Assembly: GCA_951406725.2 (NCBI GenBank)
Contig: OX597822.1
Span: forward strand, 3,906,001-3,970,000
Direction of reading: 5' to 3'
Length of the DNA stretch: 64,000 nt
From: Octopus vulgaris
Lineage: Eukaryota
How positions within the stretch are numbered: position 1 is the first letter of the stretch; each line of letters starts with the position of its first letter. The notes under the pieces were generated by a model that was not told the DNA's origin, made no database searches, and saw only the letters and a program-made list of their open reading frames with translations. Below, one piece after another: positions 57,316 to 64,000 of this stretch. Position numbers and translations under genes: made by a program.

Positions 57316-57521
57316 ATAATTAATACTAATTATGTTTGTAGTACTAAATAATAGTACTTATCATAATAAAGTGTTTATCAATGAATGCAATTTTTACTAA
57401 TTGGTAGGCATTTCAGTCAATCCACCAATTATCCAAAAGTAAGTAAAAATTACATTACTCGATAAACACTTTATTATGATGAATACTATTACTTAGTACT
57501 ACAAACATAATTATTAATTAT
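57316..57521. repeat. ~80-bp imperfect inverted repeat
   Basis: 57316-57398 / 57442-57521. Confidence 0.8.
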
Positions 57522-58836
57522 TCTCACACTTATTGCAGCGGTCCTTCAGTTTTTCTAAACCCTGTAAAGTTTGGGCCTTCAACTAGGCCTTTTGCGTCAC
57601 CTTAAAACCAGGATGTTCTCAGCAGCCCTCGTAAATTCATGTTGTAAATCTTTAAAAATAGGAAACGAACACAAAATATCAGATGGAATTTGATGTTGTG
57701 GTGGTCAACTTCTGGAAGCACGAGTAGCTTTATGTCCCTACTCTGAATGATGTGTTCCATCACTACATGTAATAAGTGAATTATTTTTAGAGACGCAATA
57801 ACTCTACTGCTTTGACCGTTGTCACCTTCTTAGAAATTGATATTTGCTTATCGCAGCTTCGATGTGGAAATGATATACGCTCGTCCATTTCACGTAATTC
57901 CTTTCTCAGGAATTTTCTGTAATTAAAGCCTTTGACACCTTTCAAGAACATGACTTTATCCTCAATAATGCTTAATGCTCGCATTAAGGAAATCAATAAA
58001 CCTTCATTATTTTTTTTTTGCTAGCTTCATTATATGATGAGAATTTTAAATAAATTTTAACTAAAGAGACACCCTGGAATACGAACCCTATGAACACGAC
58101 TTTGTTTCTTGCTGTAGGAGTAACACCACATCACTCTATATGCTTATACATGCAGGTATTATAGGGAATAATATATCTCAAATAATAATTATCATCTTTA
58201 AAAATTAGACATACATTTTGGATCACGTCGTCTTTGCTACACAAAACGAAAGAAAAGATGGGATAGTCAGATCGGGAACGCCTTTGATCAGACTTCTCGA
58301 TCGAAGCTAATTTCGAGATAAAATAGAACAACAATAAGGAAATCAACTTTGTTTCATTTCCAGTCGAAAATTAATAAACGACACCTCATCCACTTTCTTT
58401 ATATTAATATATAGAAAGAAAGGCGGTAAGCTGGCGGAATCGTTCGCGCTCGGGGAAAAGGTCGATTTCGCCTTTCATCATTTCGATAAAGCAAGTACCA
58501 GTGTATCACTGTGTCCGATGTACCCATCCATCACCCCGCCCTCCAAATTGCTGGCCTTGTGTCAAGATTTGAAACCATTATACAGGAAGAAATAAACAGC
58601 CAGGCAAACATAAATTTCAAGGTAGAATCGAATATATTGTGTATTAAAACATTCATAGAACAAAAGAGAACAATGTTCAGTTGGCATTCTAGATTAAATA
58701 CCTTCTCTTTTTCGAAAAGATAAATAATGTTTCTAAAAGTATTTTAAAGAAAAGCAATAATAAAAAAAATCATTCGCTAGCTTACTCGTTTAGTGAATTT
58801 GTCTTCAATAGGAATAAATTATGTACGTGTGTGTGC

Positions 58837-58907
<71 letters not shown>

Positions 58908-59478
58908 TGTGTGTGTGCATCTATGTGAGTGTATGCAATATGCATATATATATACTCAAATATGTGTGTGTATGTGTGGGGAGGTTGCGCGCCTGTGCTT
59001 GATGATCTATGAATATAGCAGGCTATTAAATCATGTCTAGACATACAAAGAGATATATGAGTTTAGAAGATGAAGTTTTTATTAATTATATTTTTATAAG
59101 TTTATAGTACATTTGTGCATATATATGATATATAATAAAATGAAGAGGTATGAGAAGTGAATATTTATTTACTTAACCACGTGACTTCCATTGGGTTACG
59201 GCCGTTTCACAACCTTCTTCATGCCGCACGATTCTCTGAATCCCCATTTTATACAACTGATTTATATATATATCTATATATCAAAACGTTCCCAGTCTAC
59301 TTCTGTAGTGTGCCAAAAGATAGCAGCACACAGTGGTGTTAGTTTTACATCTCCTAATATAGCGGTTCGTCTAAAGAGACCAATAGAATAAATAGCAGGC
59401 TTATAGAATAAGTGCTGGCATCGATTTGTTCGACTAACCCATTCAAGGCGCTGCCGCAACATAGCCTCCATCCAAATC

Positions 59479-59603
<125 letters not shown>

Positions 59604-60667
59604 ATGTGTGTGTGCATTATGTATGTATGTATATACATAGGGAGAGAGGGAGAGAGAGAGAGAGAGAAAGATAGAGACAGACAAACAGACAGAGGCAGAG
59701 AGACAGAAGTACTCAATGGAGATATACATGTACAACGTAAAATATTTTCGTTTTATGCCCAGCATAACGCCCACTGAGTGTCTGAAATATAATGGAAAAC
59801 TTGAAGATACATCCATTATTTTCTGAACCATGTAGTTAATTGCCGAAGTAATATTTTATTTTGAAGGGCATATTTTATCTTTTTGTCATGGGTGTAAAAG
59901 TCAATGCCCCTGATAAGAGAGAAGAGAAGGAAATATACCTGATCGTTTACTACCGTTGGAAGTATAACATTTATACATCGAATTACCTGGCGTCAGAATA
60001 GACATTTGCATAGAAAGCTTACTGCGTGCTAGAATCCAATATAGGCACCTAAAAGTGAATTATAGGTGTTAAAATGTGCGACGGGTCGAGCCACAAACTC
60101 AGTAAATGGGAAGGGTACTCATACAGTATCCCATTACCCACTTTCACTAAATATTTTGGTAGAGGACACTTGTCTCTGTGCTGAGCAGTTTTACTGAGCT
60201 CTGTCTCATCTACCATTTTAATCATGCCAATTCGGCACTGCGTTATTTGAGAATTGTTTCTGCATATCAAGTCTAATTGATAATTTTATCCTACGACCAT
60301 ATTGAGTACGTTCCACTAGAGACAAATAACATAGCTTTGAATTCTAAATATATCTTGTATTTAGAATTACTCTCCTGTGTAAGTCTATTTAATGCAGTGC
60401 TGTGGCAAAACCTCAAGCCGTGTCTCTTCTCACGGCGTACCAACCTTTTAAATTTAACAGTGTTGGACTGCAGAATCAGTAGGGTGTCGAACAAAAATCA
60501 TTTGGTTTCGGATATGTAATTACACCGCGCCTTCATTCTTTGGTTGACTTTACCTTTCATAGGAGTAGTAGCGATCAAGTAAGGATGTCGACTGCATCGA
60601 TTATAACCTTTAACATAATCGATAGCCTTGTGCCAAAATTTGAAACCAATATTACGTATAAATAAAA

Positions 60668-60840
60668 GCTGGCAGAATCGTTAGCACGTTGGACGAAATG
60701 CTAGGCGGGATTTCATCTGTCTATACATTCTAAATTCAAATTCTCCCGAGGTCGACTTGGTCTTTTTTCCTTTCGGGGTCGATGTAATCGTCTTCCCCCA
60801 ACCCTCGAAATTTCTGGCCTTGTAACAAAATTTGAAATCA
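60668..60840 (+). mobile_element. SINE family B
   Basis: GCTGGCAGAATCGTTAGCACG..CCGAGGTCGAC..AAATTTGAAATC. Confidence 0.8.
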
Positions 60841-60874
60841 ATATTATGCTAGAGCTATCGGATTTTTCAATGTA

Positions 60875-61400
60875 TAGCATAAATATACTCGGGTCTATTC
60901 CATTGCTTCTTCTTCTAAAAAAACTTCTCCGTATGTCTAATCAAAAGAAATTGTTATTGCTAATTCTCCAGATATCAAAAATATCCTTGGGTATTATATC
61001 ACTGTCGCTTGACAAAATTCGTTTTTAGAAAGCTAAGAGCATGTCTCTTTTAGCTGAATCGCAGATATCATTTGAATCTCCTATTGAGAAATTGCGCGAA
61101 GAATTTAGAATATATAGGTTTCCCGAGATGTTTGCAAGATTTGAATGATGTTTTAATACGTTGATACTTTGATGGACTTATCGGATGTAATCATATATCA
61201 CTGTCATGTTTTTCCAACTTTACATCCATCCAACAAAATTCATGACTGAGGGTGGAATCTGATTAGTATTGATATTTGTCACTTCTTCCCCCACTAATGC
61301 ATTGCTGTTTCGAGACGTCAACGTTTGTTTTAATTTTGCTCTGATATACCACATATTCTAATTATTTGACTTTAATGAAATTGGACTCTTGCATAACTTC
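60875..61400 (-). pseudogene. Degenerate L1/Tx1 APE-type endonuclease fragment
   Basis: Minus strand IGDSNDICDSAKRD (GDFN-like), IFDIWRISN, and an ID(R)VYL motif across a frameshift. Confidence 0.5.
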
Positions 61401-61681
61401 TCAGGGAATAATGCCAATACCTCTTACTGAACTGGAGCGACTTTTGTGTATTTTAGCATACTGAATTCTATTTAACTAAAAGCTTAGTTTAATCACTTGT
61501 ATAATATTGGATAATTGTTTAAATAGCCTAACATCGTTCATATAATTTGCCTGAGTCCAGATATAAGCTTATTCACATAAACATATGCAGTTAAGTCAGT
61601 TGAATGTCGTCTTCAAAATACTTTGGTTTGATTTCGAGACCTTAAAATTTGAAAGACATTTGATAATAATTATGTGAAGAT

Positions 61682-61841
61682 AGGTGCTGGAGTGGTTGTG
61701 TTGTAAGTAGCTTGCTTACCAACCACATGGCTCCGGGTTCAGTCCTACTGCGTGGTACCTTGGGCAAGTGTCTTCTACTATAGTCTCGGGCTGGCCAAAG
61801 CCTTGTGATAGAGTTTGGTAGACGGAAACTGAAAGAAGCCT
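61682..61841 (+). mobile_element. SINE family A, 5' half
   Basis: GGAGTGGTTGTG..CCGGGTTCAGTCC..GAAACTGAAAGAAGCC. Confidence 0.85.
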
Positions 61842-62311
61842 GTTTCCTAAATGTCGAAACTCCAACAGCGAGATGTGGATATAACTTTTACACACAAGCA
61901 TATAAATGTATACAATGCATGCAGAGATACGATAAACTAATCATTATTGCTTTCTTTTACTTGCGAATCTCGGAATATCAATAATTTCTTAGTTGTTTCA
62001 CATTTCATCTGATACACATTGATTAGGGAGGCGGTTGAGTGTTATTAATCGGGAAAAGCCGTAGCGGTGCAAAGAACTAGCTCCATGCGTCAAGGTACTC
62101 GATAACTTTCTTAACCCATGCTGAGCTGAATAGCGAATGTTACTATAAAGATACATGACGATAGGAGCATGGACAATAAGATATATGTGATAATATTGTA
62201 TACATAAACACACACACACAAATGTTTATATTATGAAAATGTGAAGTCCTCGAGAAAAGGTGATGTAAATAAATTTAAGGCTGAATCTCGAAGTGGAAAC
62301 ACCAATAAATA

Positions 62312-62527
62312 ATCCGTTTTACTATAGGCGCACAAAGCCTGAAATTTGTGTTGAAGGGGTTAAGTCGATGTCAACGACTCCAGCACTAGACTGGTCCTTA
62401 TCTAATCGACAGCGAAAGGATGAAAGGCAAAGTCGGCTGCGGCGGAATTTTAACTCAGAATATAAAAGACGGACCAAATACCGCTAAGGATTTTGTCCGG
62501 TCTGCTATCGGTTCTGTCAGCTTGCCG
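62312..62527 (-). mobile_element. SINE family B
   Basis: GAAAGGATGAAAGGCAAAGTCG..GCGGAATTT.. Confidence 0.75.
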
Positions 62528-63058
62528 TGTAATGCACCTATAAATAATGTCATGAAGTATAATGGGTTATAAACACATTTCAGAGAAAAAGGGTTGAAGA
62601 CTGCCTGCAGGATATTACTTTTTTTCCATTCTAGAGATTGTACCCGATATATTACATACTCCTATTTTTAGCTCCACACTGGTAGATGACTTCTATTGTA
62701 ATACCCGTATTTCTTGGTTGGAATCATCAGTTGGATATGTCGAGGGTAGATATAAACTACAAAACAGGATTCATTGTTTATAAAATATTTAATTACATCA
62801 TCTTACGTGTGCTGCATTCAAAAAGGAATGAATTTAGTTATGTAATGTAAATTATATCATCAAATTGTATTGTCAGTCTCCAGAGATGCGTAACTTTAAT
62901 TCGTAATATTACTGGACAAGTGACAAGATTGCCACCACTGTATACGTAAACAACTGATGCAATTTCATTATATAAAATGTGCATTATATAATTAATAATT
63001 ATTCTTTATTAATGAAACATGTATATACATATGCATACATAGACTAATGTATGTTAGC

Positions 63059-63089
<31 letters not shown>

Positions 63090-63400
63090 CGTGCGTGTAT
63101 TGTGAAGACGCATAACTTAGTGTCTTCAGCTCGGCTCGTGATCGTAAGTTTATGAGTTCGATACCCGGTGACGTGTTTTGTCCTTGAGCAAAACAACCTC
63201 TTCTCACGTTGCTCCAGTACACTCATCCGGCAAAAATTACTTGTGCCTGTCGTTCACTCACCTACACTTGTCACACTCTGTATCACACTGTTTCCTCCCT
63301 GAGAACCACGTTAAGGGTGCGCATGTCTGTGAACATTTAGTTCACGGACAAACCAACTGGAACACTCGTCACCATAACCGATGAAGTGGCCAGCATATAC

Positions 63401-63780
<380 letters not shown>

Positions 63781-63790
63781 AAGACAGACT

Positions 63791-63832
<42 letters not shown>

Positions 63833-64000
63833 CAGACAGATATACATGCTTTATATGCGTAGTTATGTTTGGATATTTTTGTGTAATTGTGAGCATGCGC
63901 ATTACTATGGTAGTATCTAGCGAAAATAAATTCATGAATATGTGTTGTATATGTTATACAAAAAAATAGCATAAGTACTAGTATTAATAAACATACACAT

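Overview
AT-rich eukaryotic DNA, dense in microsatellites ((TA)n, (CA)n, (GATA)n, (TTA)n) and dominated by transposable elements. The repeat landscape strongly suggests an Octopus-type cephalopod (inferred from the tRNA-derived SINE families and microsatellite density; not verified by search). No complete host gene is visible and most ORF-track entries are microsatellite artefacts. Supported elements: R4/Dong-clade RLE LINEs in (TTA)n tracts; Tx1-clade LINEs in (GATA)n tracts (one with a 16-bp TSD); CR1, RTE and L1-EN fragments; Tc1, mariner and maT remnants; Helitrons; a MITE carrying TTAGGG repeats; and at least four SINE families. The most interesting signal is a set of short non-coding elements, mostly in (TA)n. 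They share a fold-back-plus-tail architecture, and several carry type I hammerhead ribozyme motifs: one with an intact core at 19474-19556 (minus strand), plus minimal and variant cores. This fits Penelope-like element/retrozyme biology. Also noted: an ORF1-only (HAL1-like) retroelement with a Tx1-like 3' end, a templated inverted duplication at a Tx1 5' junction, a higher-order (TTA)/(TCATTA) array, a phase-compatible chain of candidate plus-strand micro-exons with a possible recursive splice site, and speculative globin-like exons on the minus strand. Coordinates were counted by hand; repeat boundaries are approximate.
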